Origin: Minisyncoccota bacterium
GTDB lineage: Bacteria > Patescibacteriota > Minisyncoccia > UBA6257 > JAGOQP01
Length of the DNA: 64,000 bases
Direction of reading: 5' to 3'
Assembly (NCBI GenBank): GCA_041661795.1
Contig: JBAZTS010000002.1
Coordinates: 36,263-100,262, forward strand
The notes beneath the pieces are model-generated. The model was not told the origin of the DNA. It did not search any database and saw nothing but the letters and a program-made list of their open reading frames with translations. How positions within the stretch are numbered: the first letter of the stretch is position 1; each line of letters begins with the position of its first letter. Positions 1 to 10,078 of this stretch are shown one piece after another. A program made the position numbers and the translations under genes.

Positions 1-1468
1 AGAAGTTGAGGAAAAAAGGGCTCATTTGATTGAAAAAATAGTTGAAAAAGATGAGGTCTCAATGGAAAAATATTTAAACGGCCAAGAGGTTGATTTGGAT
101 ACTTTAAGAAAAATTATGCGCAAGGCCACCATTGAAAATGAAATTTTTCCGGTTTACTGCGGTTCAGCTCTAAAAAATAAAGGAACTCAATTGGTTCTGG
201 ACGGAGTAATTGATTATTTGCCTTCTCCTCTGGACATAGGTCATTTAAAACCGATAAAAGGAACAAATCCGAGTACGGGAGAAGAAATAATAAGAAAACC
301 AAGCGATGAAGAACCGTTAACGGCTTTGGCTTTTAAAATAGCCACTGATCCATTTGTCGGAAATCTTACTTATTTTAGAGTCTACAGCGGAATAATAAAA
401 AAAGGGACTTATATTCTTAACTCTTCAAAAGAAAATCAGGAAAGAATCGGTAGAATAGTCCGTATGCATGCCAATCACAGAGAAGATGTGGAGGAAATGT
501 ACGCTGGAGATATCGGCGCTATTGTAGGATTAAAAAATACATCCACGGGGGACACTCTTTGTGACCCTGAAAATCCAATAATTCTTGAAAAGATCATTTT
601 CCCAGAACCGGTTATTAATCTTAAAATTGAACCTAAAACCAAAATTGACCAAGAAAAAATGGGCATGGCTCTTAGGCGTTTGTCCGAAGAAGACCCAACC
701 TTTAGAGTTACGGGAGATTCGGATACTGGAGAAACTATTATTTGGGGAATGGGAGAATTACATTTGGAAATTTTGGTGGAAAGAATGAAAAGAGAATTTG
801 GAGTTGAAGCCGACGTAGGAAGGCCTCGGGTTTCTTATAAAGAAACTATCAAGGGGTCTGCCGAAGCGGAAGGTAAATATATCAGGCAATCGGGAGGACG
901 TGGTCAATATGGACACGTTAAGGTAAAAATTAAACCTCTTGAAAGAGGTAAGGGTTTTGTTTTTGCTAATCAGATCAGAGGAGGTGTTATTCCTCAAGAA
1001 TTTATTTCAGCCGTTGAAAAAGGTATAAAGGAATCTATGGAAAAAGGAGTTGTGGCAGGATATACTTTAACTGACTTTGAAATAACTCTTTTTGATGGTT
1101 CTTATCATGAGGTTGACTCTTCGGAGGCAGCTTTCAAAATTGCCGGGTCTATGGCTTTGCAAGAAGCGGCTAAACAAGCTCAGCCGGTTATATTGGAGCC
1201 AGTTATGAAAATTCAGGTTACTATGCCCGCTGATTTCTTGGGAGACGTTACAGGGGACTTGAACTCAAAAAGAGGTAGAATAGAATCGTTGTCTGACAGG
1301 GCTTTTGCTAAAGTTATTGATGCCAAGGTGCCCTTGTCGGAAATGTTTGGATATGCTACAAAGTTAAGATCAATTACTCAAGGAAGAGGGTCTTTTACCA
1401 TGGAATTTGACCATTATGAAGAGGTTCCTAAAAGCGTTGAACTATTAATTATAGAGGGAAAAAAATAA
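1..1468 (+). CDS. fusA: Elongation factor G, C-terminal ~480 aa (5' end cut by window edge; reading frame continues from nt 2)
   Basis: Translation shows EF-G domain II-V signatures ([50 protein letters not shown]). The frame is open to the window start. rplM-rpsI follow. Confidence 0.95.
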   Translation, partial: EVEEKRAHLIEKIVEKDEVSMEKYLNGQEVDLDTLRKIMRKATIENEIFPVYCGSALKNKGTQLVLDGVIDYLPSPLDIGHLKPIKGTNPSTGEEIIRKPSDEEPLTALAFKIATDPFVGNLTYFRVYSGIIKKGTYILNSSKENQERIGRIVRMHANHREDVEEMYAGDIGAIVGLKNTSTGDTLCDPENPIILEKIIFPEPVINLKIEPKTKIDQEKMGMALRRLSEEDPTFRVTGDSDTGETIIWGMGELHLEILVERMKREFGVEADVGRPRVSYKETIKGSAEAEGKYIRQSGGRGQYGHVKVKIKPLERGKGFVFANQIRGGVIPQEFISAVEKGIKESMEKGVVAGYTLTDFEITLFDGSYHEVDSSEAAFKIAGSMALQEAAKQAQPVILEPVMKIQVTMPADFLGDVTGDLNSKRGRIESLSDRAFAKVIDAKVPLSEMFGYATKLRSITQGRGSFTMEFDHYEEVPKSVELLIIEGKK

Positions 1469-1472
1469 ATTT

Positions 1473-1814
1473 ATGGAATATACAATTGATTGCAAGGGGA
1501 GGAGTTTAGGAAGAGTGGCTTCGGAAGTTGCCTCTATTTTGCAAGGTAAAAGGGATCCTTCTTATGAACCGAGATTAGTCGGGGACGATACGGTTGTTAT
1601 CAAAAATGTTGACCAAATTAAACTTACCGGCAATAAGGGTCAGCAAAAAATTTATTATTCTCATACAACTCAGCTGGGACATCTTAAAGAAAGAAAAATA
1701 AAAGACGTTATCCAAAAACACGGAATGAAATTTATTTTGAAAAAATCGATTGTTAATATGCTTCCTAAAAATAAATTGAGAGTTGCGAGAATTAAAAAGA
1801 TGTCATTTGAATAA
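1473..1814 (+). CDS. rplM: 50S ribosomal protein L13 (short form)
   Basis: 113 aa; GRVASEVASILQGK and the KMLPKNKL-type C-terminus are typical of L13. Classic rplM-rpsI pair. Confidence 0.9.
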   Translation: MEYTIDCKGRSLGRVASEVASILQGKRDPSYEPRLVGDDTVVIKNVDQIKLTGNKGQQKIYYSHTTQLGHLKERKIKDVIQKHGMKFILKKSIVNMLPKNKLRVARIKKMSFE

Positions 1815-1819
1815 AAAAT

Positions 1820-2245
1820 ATGGAAAAGAAAAAAACAACCAAAAAGGCGGAGAAATATTTTGAGGCGGTCGGGAGAAGAAAAACTTCTACAGCCAGAATC
1901 AGAATATATCTTTCTAAAAAAGGAGACGACGGGTTTTTGATAAACGACAAGAATATATCTTCTTATTTTCCCATAAAAAATCATCAAGATACTGTTTTGA
2001 GCCCATTTAAAAGGTTGGATAATTTAGGCGATTTTTCCTTAACCGTTAAAGTTTCAGGTGGAGGAGTTTCTTCACAAGCCCAAGCTATAAGGCATGGTAT
2101 TGCCAGAGCTTTAATAATATTCAACCCCGATTTTAGAAAAAAGCTAAAATCTCTTGGATACCTTAAAAGGGATCCTCGTATGGTTGAAAGGAAGAAATAT
2201 GGATTGAAAAAAGCCAGACGAGCCCCTCAGTGGTCAAAGAGATAA
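1820..2245 (+). CDS. rpsI: 30S ribosomal protein S9
   Basis: GGGVSSQAQAIRHGIARAL and C-terminal RDPRMVERKKYGLKKARRAPQWSKR are S9 hallmarks. Confidence 0.95.
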   Translation: MEKKKTTKKAEKYFEAVGRRKTSTARIRIYLSKKGDDGFLINDKNISSYFPIKNHQDTVLSPFKRLDNLGDFSLTVKVSGGGVSSQAQAIRHGIARALIIFNPDFRKKLKSLGYLKRDPRMVERKKYGLKKARRAPQWSKR

Positions 2246-2247
2246 TT

Positions 2248-2316
2248 GGTATCTTGTAGCTTGTGATGTGTATTTTGGATGATAACCAGATACGAGCTAC
2301 TAAATACTAGCTACTA
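2248..2316 (+). terminator. Imperfect hairpin built of GT-rich and AC-rich words after rpsI (probable terminator)
   Basis: ggtatcttgtagcttgtgatgtg ... cagatacgagctactaaatactagctacta. It shares words (agatacgagctacta, tagctac) with the 21519-21596 hairpin. Confidence 0.4.
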
Positions 2317-2321
2317 ATAAC

Positions 2322-2756
2322 ATGACTGTTTCCCTAAAACCAATAGTTATCTTTTTTGTTGTTGTATTTATCATCTATATACCCACAATGATTTTTCAGT
2401 GGTATGTAGATTTACCTTGGATTGATATCCCTTTGCACCTAATGGGTGGAGCTTGGGTAGCTTTGCTTTTCTTTCGTCTTTTTGGAGACCTGTTTTTTGA
2501 GAAACTCTATGAACACAAATATGAGGCGGCTAGAGTTTTAATTTTGGCTGTGGCCTTTAGTGTATTAATAGGAGTTTTTTGGGAATTCTTTGAATATCTA
2601 CTCACTCAATATACCCCCATTGAATTTCAAGGGAGCTTGACTGATACCATGGGAGATCTTTTAATGGATATATTAGGTTCTCTGGCTATGGCTTATTTTA
2701 TCCTTTTTTATCTTTTCCCCAAGAAGAGGCAGGTCGTCTCTCAATTAGAAGGATAA
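2322..2756 (+). CDS. Hypothetical integral membrane protein (4 predicted TM segments)
   Basis: 144-aa ORF with hydrophobic stretches; no family recognised. Confidence 0.5.
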   Translation: MTVSLKPIVIFFVVVFIIYIPTMIFQWYVDLPWIDIPLHLMGGAWVALLFFRLFGDLFFEKLYEHKYEAARVLILAVAFSVLIGVFWEFFEYLLTQYTPIEFQGSLTDTMGDLLMDILGSLAMAYFILFYLFPKKRQVVSQLEG

Positions 2757-4019
2757 ATTAACTGAAGAAATCTTTCCTTCCTTAAGAAGATAAACAACTT
2801 CTTCTTCTTTGTCGTAAACCCAGGATCCCGGGTTATTTTTTATAGTAAACTTGTTGGCCGGCTTATATATACTTAGGTCTGAAATATCCAGAGTTTTTGA
2901 GGAATAATCTATAATGAAATGAAACGAATCATCAAGCCACTCAATCTGCTTGGTTTTTAGGGCGTCTATTATCTCAATTTTCATAATTTCTCCTTTTTTC
3001 TTTTCCAGTGTTACAATTTCGTCTTCAATAAAATAAATAAACGACTTTCCGTCTTTATCCTGATAAAACACTTTCTTTTCGTCAGGAGATATTTTAGCTG
3101 TTTTACCTGAGTGAGCCAATTGGAAAAAATTCTCATCTTTATTATTATAAAACCATATGCTTCCGTCTTTTAATATAAACAGTTGATAATTTTGACTGAC
3201 ATCAATGTTTTCTATTTGATTTCCGTTGAACGGGAGTTTTATTCTTCTGGTTTCTTCAATTAAATTCAAATCAGTGGTGGTGATAAAAGAGTCGGTTGAT
3301 GTGGAATTTTTTTGTTTTGTTGGTAATTCCACCAAATAAAGATTATTTCTTGCCACTGTCATTTTTTCTAAAATTCCCTCTTTTATTGTTTTAAAACTCT
3401 GTTTATTTATGTCTATCCAATAAATCCCCGTAGAAGTCCTGACTATAATTTTGTTTTCTTCTTGAGGATAAATACGAATGTCTTCTATTTTTTGTCTAAA
3501 AAAAGAGGATATTTTTGAATTAAGATTTATTATATTCGGACTATTTAGATTGTATAAGTAATAAATATTCTTTTGGTCGTCCAGAACAATGATTCTCTTA
3601 TCTTTTTTATCTAAAATAATATTTCCCTTAACGTTGTCGATTAATTGTTGTTCATCTATTTTTTGAGGAGCAAGTATGACATTGGAGATTCTGGCAACCT
3701 GAGAAGGGAAAACTTCTATATTTTTTTCATAATCAAGATATCCCTCCTTTTTTAATTCAAGGCGGTATTTTTTAGGCAAGACATTGGAGATTAAAGTCCC
3801 TTTTTGGATTAACCCTAAAGAACTGTCGTATTTTTTATCATTAAGGAATATATCCAAAGATCTTGGTTGCGCCTCAACATAAACAGCCCCAGTTTTAGTG
3901 GCGCTTAGAGTGGAGAAATCAAATCTATATCCTTGGGAATAATAAATAACCCCGGTTCCTATCAATAGGAAAATGACCAAAAAAGAGTAAAAAAGTTTTC
4001 TTCTGAATGGCAGAGTCAT
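2745..4019 (-). CDS. Membrane-anchored PEGA-domain-like protein
   Basis: N-terminal TM segment (LFYSFLVIFLLIGTGVIYY). The segment LDIFLNDKKY...YRLELKKEGYLDYEKNIEV resembles a PEGA domain. The rest looks beta-rich. Confidence 0.55.
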   Translation of the reverse strand: MTLPFRRKLFYSFLVIFLLIGTGVIYYSQGYRFDFSTLSATKTGAVYVEAQPRSLDIFLNDKKYDSSLGLIQKGTLISNVLPKKYRLELKKEGYLDYEKNIEVFPSQVARISNVILAPQKIDEQQLIDNVKGNIILDKKDKRIIVLDDQKNIYYLYNLNSPNIINLNSKISSFFRQKIEDIRIYPQEENKIIVRTSTGIYWIDINKQSFKTIKEGILEKMTVARNNLYLVELPTKQKNSTSTDSFITTTDLNLIEETRRIKLPFNGNQIENIDVSQNYQLFILKDGSIWFYNNKDENFFQLAHSGKTAKISPDEKKVFYQDKDGKSFIYFIEDEIVTLEKKKGEIMKIEIIDALKTKQIEWLDDSFHFIIDYSSKTLDISDLSIYKPANKFTIKNNPGSWVYDKEEEVVYLLKEGKISSVNLSF

Positions 4020-4117
4020 GTTGTAAAGTTGGCTATTTATGAATATTATTAACTAATACAGTTTTAAGCATACCTTTAAGTTGGGCTGTTTTCAATGACG
4101 ATTTATTTGACATTTTT

Positions 4118-5374
4118 ATGAAATTTATAGTAAACGGTAATAAAAAACTCAACGGGAACGTTGATATTAAGGGAGCTAAAAATGCCGCCTTAAAAATAAT
4201 TCCCGCGTCTATTCTGGCTTCTTCTCTTTGTGTTATAAAAAATATTCCACAAATAACCGATATAGAAAAACTTCTGGAAATATTAAAAGGAATAGGGTCA
4301 AAAGTTGAATTTAAAGACGGAGTACTCAAGATAGGTAATAAAGACATTAATTCTTTCCATCCGGATGAAAAATTGGTTAATAAATTCAGAGGATCTATAG
4401 TTCTAATCGGTCCTCTTTTGGCGAGATTTGGCGAGGCAGTTCTTAGTGAACCGGGGGGATGTTTAATTGGTTCAAGACCGATTGATGACCATTTAGATCT
4501 TTTTGAGCAAATGGGAGTTGGTATTGAATATAAGGATAATAAATTTTATTTTCACGGGAAACCAAAAAGCGGTCACATAGTTCTAAAAAAGATGAGTGTT
4601 ACGGCAACTGAAAATGCCATTATGGCGTCAGTTTTTTCCAAGGGTATTACTAAAATTCATATAGCGGCGGCTGAACCGGAAATAAAAGATCTGGCTGATT
4701 TTCTCAATAAAATGGGAGCTAAAATAAAGGGAGCCGGAACCAATGAGATAGAAATAGAAGGAGTGGATGAATTAAAAGGAGCGGAGTATGAAGTTTTGCC
4801 GGACAGAATTGAGATGGGAACATATTTAATAGCCGGTATTTTGACTAACTCGGAAATTACAGTTGGTCCGATTATTTCTTGCCATTCTGACCTGTTTTTT
4901 AAAAAATTAAAGGATGTTGGGGCAAAATTTGAAATAATAGAGAAAGACGGCAAAAAATATGTAAGAACTTTAAAAAGAGGGGATTTAATTCCTCAAAACA
5001 TAGACCCAAGACCATATCCGGGATTTGCCACCGATCTTCAGCCCCAATACGCGGTCTTAATGACTCAGGCCCAAGGCAAAACGGAAATTTTTGATACTAT
5101 GTTTGAAGGAAGATTTAGGTATATTGAGGAATTAAAATTAATGAAGGTTGAAGCCGAAATTTTAAATCCCAATAAAGCCATTATAAATGGTCCCGCTCAT
5201 CTAAAGGGAGCCGAGGTGTCGTGTTTGGATATTAGAGCTGGAGTAGCAGTGGTTCTGGCTTCTCTTATAGCGGAAGGAAAAACAACCATAAATAACATTG
5301 AATTTATAGACAGAGGGTACGAGGATATAGATGGAAAGCTAAGAGAGTTGGGGGCGGATATTAAGAGGGAATAA
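4118..5374 (+). CDS. murA: UDP-N-acetylglucosamine 1-carboxyvinyltransferase
   Basis: 418 aa. N-terminus NGNVDIKGAKNAALKIIPASILA, plus GGCLIGSRPIDDHL and DIRAGVAVVLASLIAEG, are typical of MurA. Confidence 0.95.
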   Translation: MKFIVNGNKKLNGNVDIKGAKNAALKIIPASILASSLCVIKNIPQITDIEKLLEILKGIGSKVEFKDGVLKIGNKDINSFHPDEKLVNKFRGSIVLIGPLLARFGEAVLSEPGGCLIGSRPIDDHLDLFEQMGVGIEYKDNKFYFHGKPKSGHIVLKKMSVTATENAIMASVFSKGITKIHIAAAEPEIKDLADFLNKMGAKIKGAGTNEIEIEGVDELKGAEYEVLPDRIEMGTYLIAGILTNSEITVGPIISCHSDLFFKKLKDVGAKFEIIEKDGKKYVRTLKRGDLIPQNIDPRPYPGFATDLQPQYAVLMTQAQGKTEIFDTMFEGRFRYIEELKLMKVEAEILNPNKAIINGPAHLKGAEVSCLDIRAGVAVVLASLIAEGKTTINNIEFIDRGYEDIDGKLRELGADIKRE

Positions 5375-5378
5375 TAAG

Positions 5379-5990
5379 ATGATTGAATTAGTATTATCTT
5401 GGATTGCCAATATTGTCATAGTAATTATTAACTCTACTGGTTATTTGGGGATTTTTTTGTTAATGGCTTTAGAAAGCGCTAATATTCCAGTGCCTTCGGA
5501 AATTATTATGCCCTTTTCAGGATTTTTGGTTTTTGGGGGAAATTTTAGTTTTTGGTTAGTGGTTTTAGCAGGAACATTTGGAAATCTTTTTGGTTCTCTG
5601 GTTTCTTTCCGGTTTGCCGAGTGGATAGTGGCTAGTCGTTCCAAATTTAAATTAATATCCCATATTTTTTCAGAAAAGTTTTTGTACAAATCTCATGTTT
5701 GGTTTGAGAAGTATGGCTATTGGTCAGTATTTTTTTCCCGTCTCTTACCGGTAGCAAGGACTTTTATTTCTCTCCCAGCCGGATTGGCAAAAATGAACAT
5801 ATGGAAATTTTCCATACTAACTCTTTTCGGGTCGTTTATCTGGTCTTGGATTTTAACTTACATTGGCTTATTTTTAGGGGTTAATTGGCACACTTTGGGT
5901 AAATATTTCAGACAACTTGATTTATTGATATTAGTGATTGTACTTATTCTATTTTTTTGGTGGCTTTATAATCACAATAAACGACACTAA
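5379..5990 (+). CDS. DedA family membrane protein
   Basis: YLGIFLLMALESANIPVPSEIIMPFSGFLV and RLLPVARTFISLPAG motifs. Confidence 0.85.
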   Translation: MIELVLSWIANIVIVIINSTGYLGIFLLMALESANIPVPSEIIMPFSGFLVFGGNFSFWLVVLAGTFGNLFGSLVSFRFAEWIVASRSKFKLISHIFSEKFLYKSHVWFEKYGYWSVFFSRLLPVARTFISLPAGLAKMNIWKFSILTLFGSFIWSWILTYIGLFLGVNWHTLGKYFRQLDLLILVIVLILFFWWLYNHNKRH

Positions 5991-6043
5991 TGCTCGTGTC
6001 TAAACACCTTTTTTAAAACGATTCTTTCTGGTAAAATTAATAC

Positions 6044-6769
6044 ATGTCTAAATTGGTGGTTTTAAATTGGAAGATGAATTTGCCCGATCTGCCGTCTTGG
6101 AGTGAAGCTTTGAAATTTAAAGGGAATAATAGAATTGTAGTTTGTCCTTCTTTCACTCATATAAATAAGCTAAGGAATTTATTAAAAGGAAAGGGGATAT
6201 ATATTGGGGCCCAAAACGTTTCTTATAAAGAAAATGGAGCTTTGACTGGAGAGGTGTCGGTTGAGATGTTAAAAGATGTCGGCGCTTCATATGCAATTAT
6301 AGGACATTCTGAAAGAAGATATGTTTTTGGAGAAACCGATGAAATTATAGCTAAGAAAGCAAAAGTTGTTCTTGAAGGCAGAATTACTCCTATTCTTTGT
6401 GTGGGAGAAACAAAGAAAATGACTAGAGAAAAATCCTGGAATTTTATCCGCTCTCAACTTCAAAAAGACTTATCTCTTACCCCTTACCCCTTACCCCTTA
6501 CCACTAGTTTAGTTGTGGCTTACGAGCCGGTCTGGTCTATTGGGGGAAATAAAAATATTGATGCGTCACATTCGGCTCATCTAATCGACAGAATAAGAGA
6601 GTTTCTATATACTAACTACAAGATGCGAGCCACCATCTTATACGGCGGAAGTGTTAATAGTAAAAATATTAAATCGCTTTTGTCTGTTGGTGAAATTGAC
6701 GGATTTTTGGTCGGGTCCGCCAGTTTAAAAAAAGAAGAAGTTAAAAAATTATTAAAATTAATAAATTAA
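6044..6769 (+). CDS. tpiA: Triosephosphate isomerase (carries an in-frame CCCCTTA x3 repeat)
   Basis: NWKMN, IIGHSERR, AYEPVWSIG and YGGSV motifs. The extra LTPYPLPLTT segment is encoded by the 6476-6502 tandem repeat. Confidence 0.9.
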   Translation: MSKLVVLNWKMNLPDLPSWSEALKFKGNNRIVVCPSFTHINKLRNLLKGKGIYIGAQNVSYKENGALTGEVSVEMLKDVGASYAIIGHSERRYVFGETDEIIAKKAKVVLEGRITPILCVGETKKMTREKSWNFIRSQLQKDLSLTPYPLPLTTSLVVAYEPVWSIGGNKNIDASHSAHLIDRIREFLYTNYKMRATILYGGSVNSKNIKSLLSVGEIDGFLVGSASLKKEEVKKLLKLIN

Positions 6770-6773
6770 TAAA

Positions 6774-7553
6774 ATGAACGAACAATCAAAAAATTCTCTT
6801 TTCGGAGCGCTAACTTTATTTGTCTTGGTTCTCACTGTTATTTTTGTTTATTCAATTTTTTGGGGACCTCTTCACAGATATTCTCAATCTTTAATCTCCC
6901 CAAGAACAATGGCGGTTTCGGCCTCGGATAAAGTAACCGTAAAACCGGATATAGCCAATTTATCTTTTTCGGTGATTACCGAGGGGATGGATACAGCCAA
7001 AGTTGTTGATGAAAACAATAAAAAAATAAATTTAGCCATAGATATTATTAAACAAGAAGGAGTAAGCGAGGAGGATATAAGAACATCAGAATACAATCTT
7101 TCTCCCGTTTATACCTATCCTACCAGGAGCTCTTCTGGCGAGTTTGTCCCAAAAATTGCCAAGTATACTCTGACCCAGTCGGTTTCTTTAAAAATCAGGG
7201 ATTTTACAAAAATCTCTGTTGTTTTACAAAAACTTCCGGCGCTTGGTATAAACAAGATTGAAAATATCTATTTTAGCATTGATGATCCAGATATATTTCT
7301 TTCCAGTGCTAGAGAAGGAGCTTTTAAAAAGGCCTTTGAGAAAGCGGATAAAATGGCCAGACAAAACGGAGTTAGCTTGGGAAGAGTCGTAAGCATTTCG
7401 GATTATTCCAATAACTATTATCCTACCTATGAAAAATATGGAATGGGAGGGGATATGATGTCGTCTTCTGCGTCACCCATCAGCGCTCCTGATATTCAGC
7501 CGGGAAGCAAGGAGTTGACTGTTAATGTTAGTGTCGTTTATGAAATCAAATAG
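6774..7553 (+). CDS. SIMPL/DUF541 family secreted protein
   Basis: N-terminal TM/signal segment. KVTVKPDIANLSFSVITEG and the C-terminal GSKELTVNVSVVYEI pattern are typical of 26-kDa periplasmic SIMPL proteins. Confidence 0.75.
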   Translation: MNEQSKNSLFGALTLFVLVLTVIFVYSIFWGPLHRYSQSLISPRTMAVSASDKVTVKPDIANLSFSVITEGMDTAKVVDENNKKINLAIDIIKQEGVSEEDIRTSEYNLSPVYTYPTRSSSGEFVPKIAKYTLTQSVSLKIRDFTKISVVLQKLPALGINKIENIYFSIDDPDIFLSSAREGAFKKAFEKADKMARQNGVSLGRVVSISDYSNNYYPTYEKYGMGGDMMSSSASPISAPDIQPGSKELTVNVSVVYEIK

Positions 7554-8328
7554 GAAAAAATTTGGAGCTTCTGTTGTTGTTATTTTGGTTGGGTTAATGA
7601 CTATAATCGGACTTTCTGATATCATTTTTATTATTCCCAATCAAAATAACCAAACAGATAATCAAGCCAAAACAATGGAAGAATCCGGTTTCTTAAACGC
7701 CAGCGATGGCAAAAAGATTTCCTATCAATACTTTAAATCTCCAGACCCAAAAGGATGGGTTGTTTATCTACATATGATGCCTTCTACTAAGGAGTCATTT
7801 TTTGATTTAGCCGTAAAACTACAAACTCTTGGATATGAAGGGATAAGTATAGATTTTAGGGGGCATGGGCAATCGGAAGGAGGGCCTGACGGTTATTTGA
7901 ATTTTTCTGATAGTGAGCATCAAAATTATTATAATGATGTTTTGGGAACCGTTGATTTTCTTGTAAGCCAAGGAGCCAAAAAAGAAAAGATATATTTTGT
8001 GGGCGCTTCTATTGGAGCTAATGTTGCTCTAAAATATTTATCTTTAAATAAAGAAACTACAAAAGCAGTCCTGCTTTCTCCTGGGTTTAATTATCGTGGA
8101 ATTACCACAAAAGATTTAGTTGTTAATCTTAGCGAAACAAAAGACATTCTTTTTGTATCCAGCCAAGACGACGAATCTAATTCTGGCGAGGTTGAAGAGT
8201 TATTTTCCTTGGTTCCGCAATCTGCAAAAAAAGATAAAGTTATTTTTGAAAAGGCCGGTCATGGGACTGATATGTTCGCCGTCCAGTCGGATTTATATGA
8301 AAAAATAATTAGTTTTATTACCAATTAA
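7540..8328 (+). CDS. Alpha/beta hydrolase (membrane anchored)
   Basis: GHGQSEG, nucleophile elbow GASIGAN (GxSxG) and C-terminal GHG. Start moved to the ATG at 7540 (MKSNRKKF), which overlaps the upstream stop. Confidence 0.7.
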   Translation: MKSNRKKFGASVVVILVGLMTIIGLSDIIFIIPNQNNQTDNQAKTMEESGFLNASDGKKISYQYFKSPDPKGWVVYLHMMPSTKESFFDLAVKLQTLGYEGISIDFRGHGQSEGGPDGYLNFSDSEHQNYYNDVLGTVDFLVSQGAKKEKIYFVGASIGANVALKYLSLNKETTKAVLLSPGFNYRGITTKDLVVNLSETKDILFVSSQDDESNSGEVEELFSLVPQSAKKDKVIFEKAGHGTDMFAVQSDLYEKIISFITN

Positions 8329-8341
8329 ATTAAAAAATAAG

Positions 8342-8956
8342 ATGGCCATAAAAAAGGATTACTTGTTGGTGTCTCTTATTGGACTGCTCTTTGGGTTGTT
8401 CTCGGCTCCTATTATAAAAAATCTAAATCTCTCATTTTTACCTTTTAGCTGGGTCGCTGTCATTGTTATTGTTGTATTGTTTACTTTGGGAGCTCCCGTT
8501 GCTCTTTTTATAGCGTCTTTTGTCGGCAAGAAAATTCCTGTCATTTTTCAATTTGCCAAATTTGCGGCTGTTGGAGCATTAAATACATTCGTTGATTGGG
8601 GAATATTGAACTTTTTAATATTACTAACTGGAACTGTTACCGGAGTAGGTTTTAGTATTTTTAAAGGAATTTCTTTCCTGTTTTCTGCGTCTAACAGTTA
8701 TGTTTGGAATAAATTTTGGACTTTTGGAGCAACTAATAAAGAAAATTCAGGAAAAGAATTTGGTAAGTTTATTATTATTAGTTTGATAGGATTTCTAATA
8801 AATGTAGGAGTGGCTTCTTTCATAGTAAATTATATATCTCCCTTCGGTGGCTTTTCTTTGACTCAGTGGGCTAACTTAGGAGCTTTGGTGGCTACTTTAG
8901 TGGCTCTTGTCTGGAATTTTGTGGGTTATAAGTTCTTTGTGTTTGACAGTAAATAA
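8342..8956 (+). CDS. GtrA family membrane protein
   Basis: FAKFAAVGALNTFVDWGILNFLI and the C-terminal WNFVGYKFFVF are GtrA-like. Confidence 0.8.
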   Translation: MAIKKDYLLVSLIGLLFGLFSAPIIKNLNLSFLPFSWVAVIVIVVLFTLGAPVALFIASFVGKKIPVIFQFAKFAAVGALNTFVDWGILNFLILLTGTVTGVGFSIFKGISFLFSASNSYVWNKFWTFGATNKENSGKEFGKFIIISLIGFLINVGVASFIVNYISPFGGFSLTQWANLGALVATLVALVWNFVGYKFFVFDSK

Positions 8957-8967
8957 AAAAGAGAGTA

Positions 8968-9067
8968 TAATGCCTCTTGAGTGAAGTGCCGAGCAGCCCT
9001 CTGCGATGATATCGATAGAGGATTGCCCTTTCGTTTCCCTCCGCCCTCGGGCGGAGGGTTTTGTTTT
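8968..9067 (+). ncRNA. Candidate small structured RNA or leader with its own -10 box and intrinsic terminator
   Basis: TATAAT at 8966-8971, then a locally GC-rich stretch with nested stems (cctct...agagg, gcgatgatatcga). Hairpin ccctccgccctcgggcggaggg (9037-9058) is followed by a T-run. Confidence 0.3.
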
Positions 9068-9175
9068 CATATATGTTTTTTGTTATTATATTAGTGGTGG
9101 TGGGAGAGCACTCACTCATAATAAAAAAACGGAGGTCACCCCCGCCACCATGAAATATAAGGTTCTCATTTAGTT

Positions 9176-10078
9176 ATGTTTATTAGGAAAAATGTTTTGT
9201 TGAAAAATTACAGCGGTTATAAGATCGGAGGACCAGCCGATTTTTTTTGTGAACCCAAATCAAAAAAAGAGCTTTTAACGGCTCTTAATTTTTCACTTAA
9301 AAAAAATATTCCGGTTTATATGTTAGGCGGAGGATTTAATATTTTAATTTCGGATAGTGGTTTTAGAGGTTTGATAATAAAGCCGAAAATAAATTATCTG
9401 GCTGTTAAAAAGAATGGTATGATCGCCGGAGCTGGTGTTGATTTAGGCAGGGCAATTAAATTTTCTTTGAAAAACGGATTGCTTGGACTTGAAGAATTCT
9501 CTGGAATTCCTGGAACTATTGGTGGGGCTCTTTACATAAATATTCATTATTATCAGGCGCTTTTAAATAATTTTGTAGAATGGATTGAATGTGTCGATAA
9601 TAAATTGAATTCGTACTTAATTAAAGCCAAGAACGAAAATTGGAAATATGAATTCTCTCAAATTCAAAAAAGCGGACTTATTGTTGTCAGGGCTTGTTTT
9701 AAACTAAAGAAAGTTAACCAGGAACAAAAATGGAAAGCAATTGGTAAGGCCGAAGAAATTATCCGGACTCGCTTTTACAAATACCCGCAAGAACCGTCGG
9801 CTGGCAGTGTTTTCCAAAACATTGATTCTAAAAATTTTTATGGGGCTCCTTCAATATCAGCGGCTCATTATATTGATCGCTTGGGTATGAAAGGAACGAG
9901 GGTGGGTGGAGCAGAAATTTCCGGGAGGCACGCAAATATGATTATAAATAAAGGCGGAGCTACCGCTAAAGATGTTATTAAGTTAGCTTCTTTAATCAAA
10001 AAACGAGTGAAGAATAAATTTGGAATTGAGTTTAAGCCAGAAGTTCAGTTTATTGGATTTAAAAGTGATCCTTTTTAA
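9176..10078 (+). CDS. murB: UDP-N-acetylenolpyruvoylglucosamine reductase
   Basis: YKIGGPADFF, LGGGFNILISD, GAGV, SAGSVFQN and HANMIIN motifs. Confidence 0.9.
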   Translation: MFIRKNVLLKNYSGYKIGGPADFFCEPKSKKELLTALNFSLKKNIPVYMLGGGFNILISDSGFRGLIIKPKINYLAVKKNGMIAGAGVDLGRAIKFSLKNGLLGLEEFSGIPGTIGGALYINIHYYQALLNNFVEWIECVDNKLNSYLIKAKNENWKYEFSQIQKSGLIVVRACFKLKKVNQEQKWKAIGKAEEIIRTRFYKYPQEPSAGSVFQNIDSKNFYGAPSISAAHYIDRLGMKGTRVGGAEISGRHANMIINKGGATAKDVIKLASLIKKRVKNKFGIEFKPEVQFIGFKSDPF

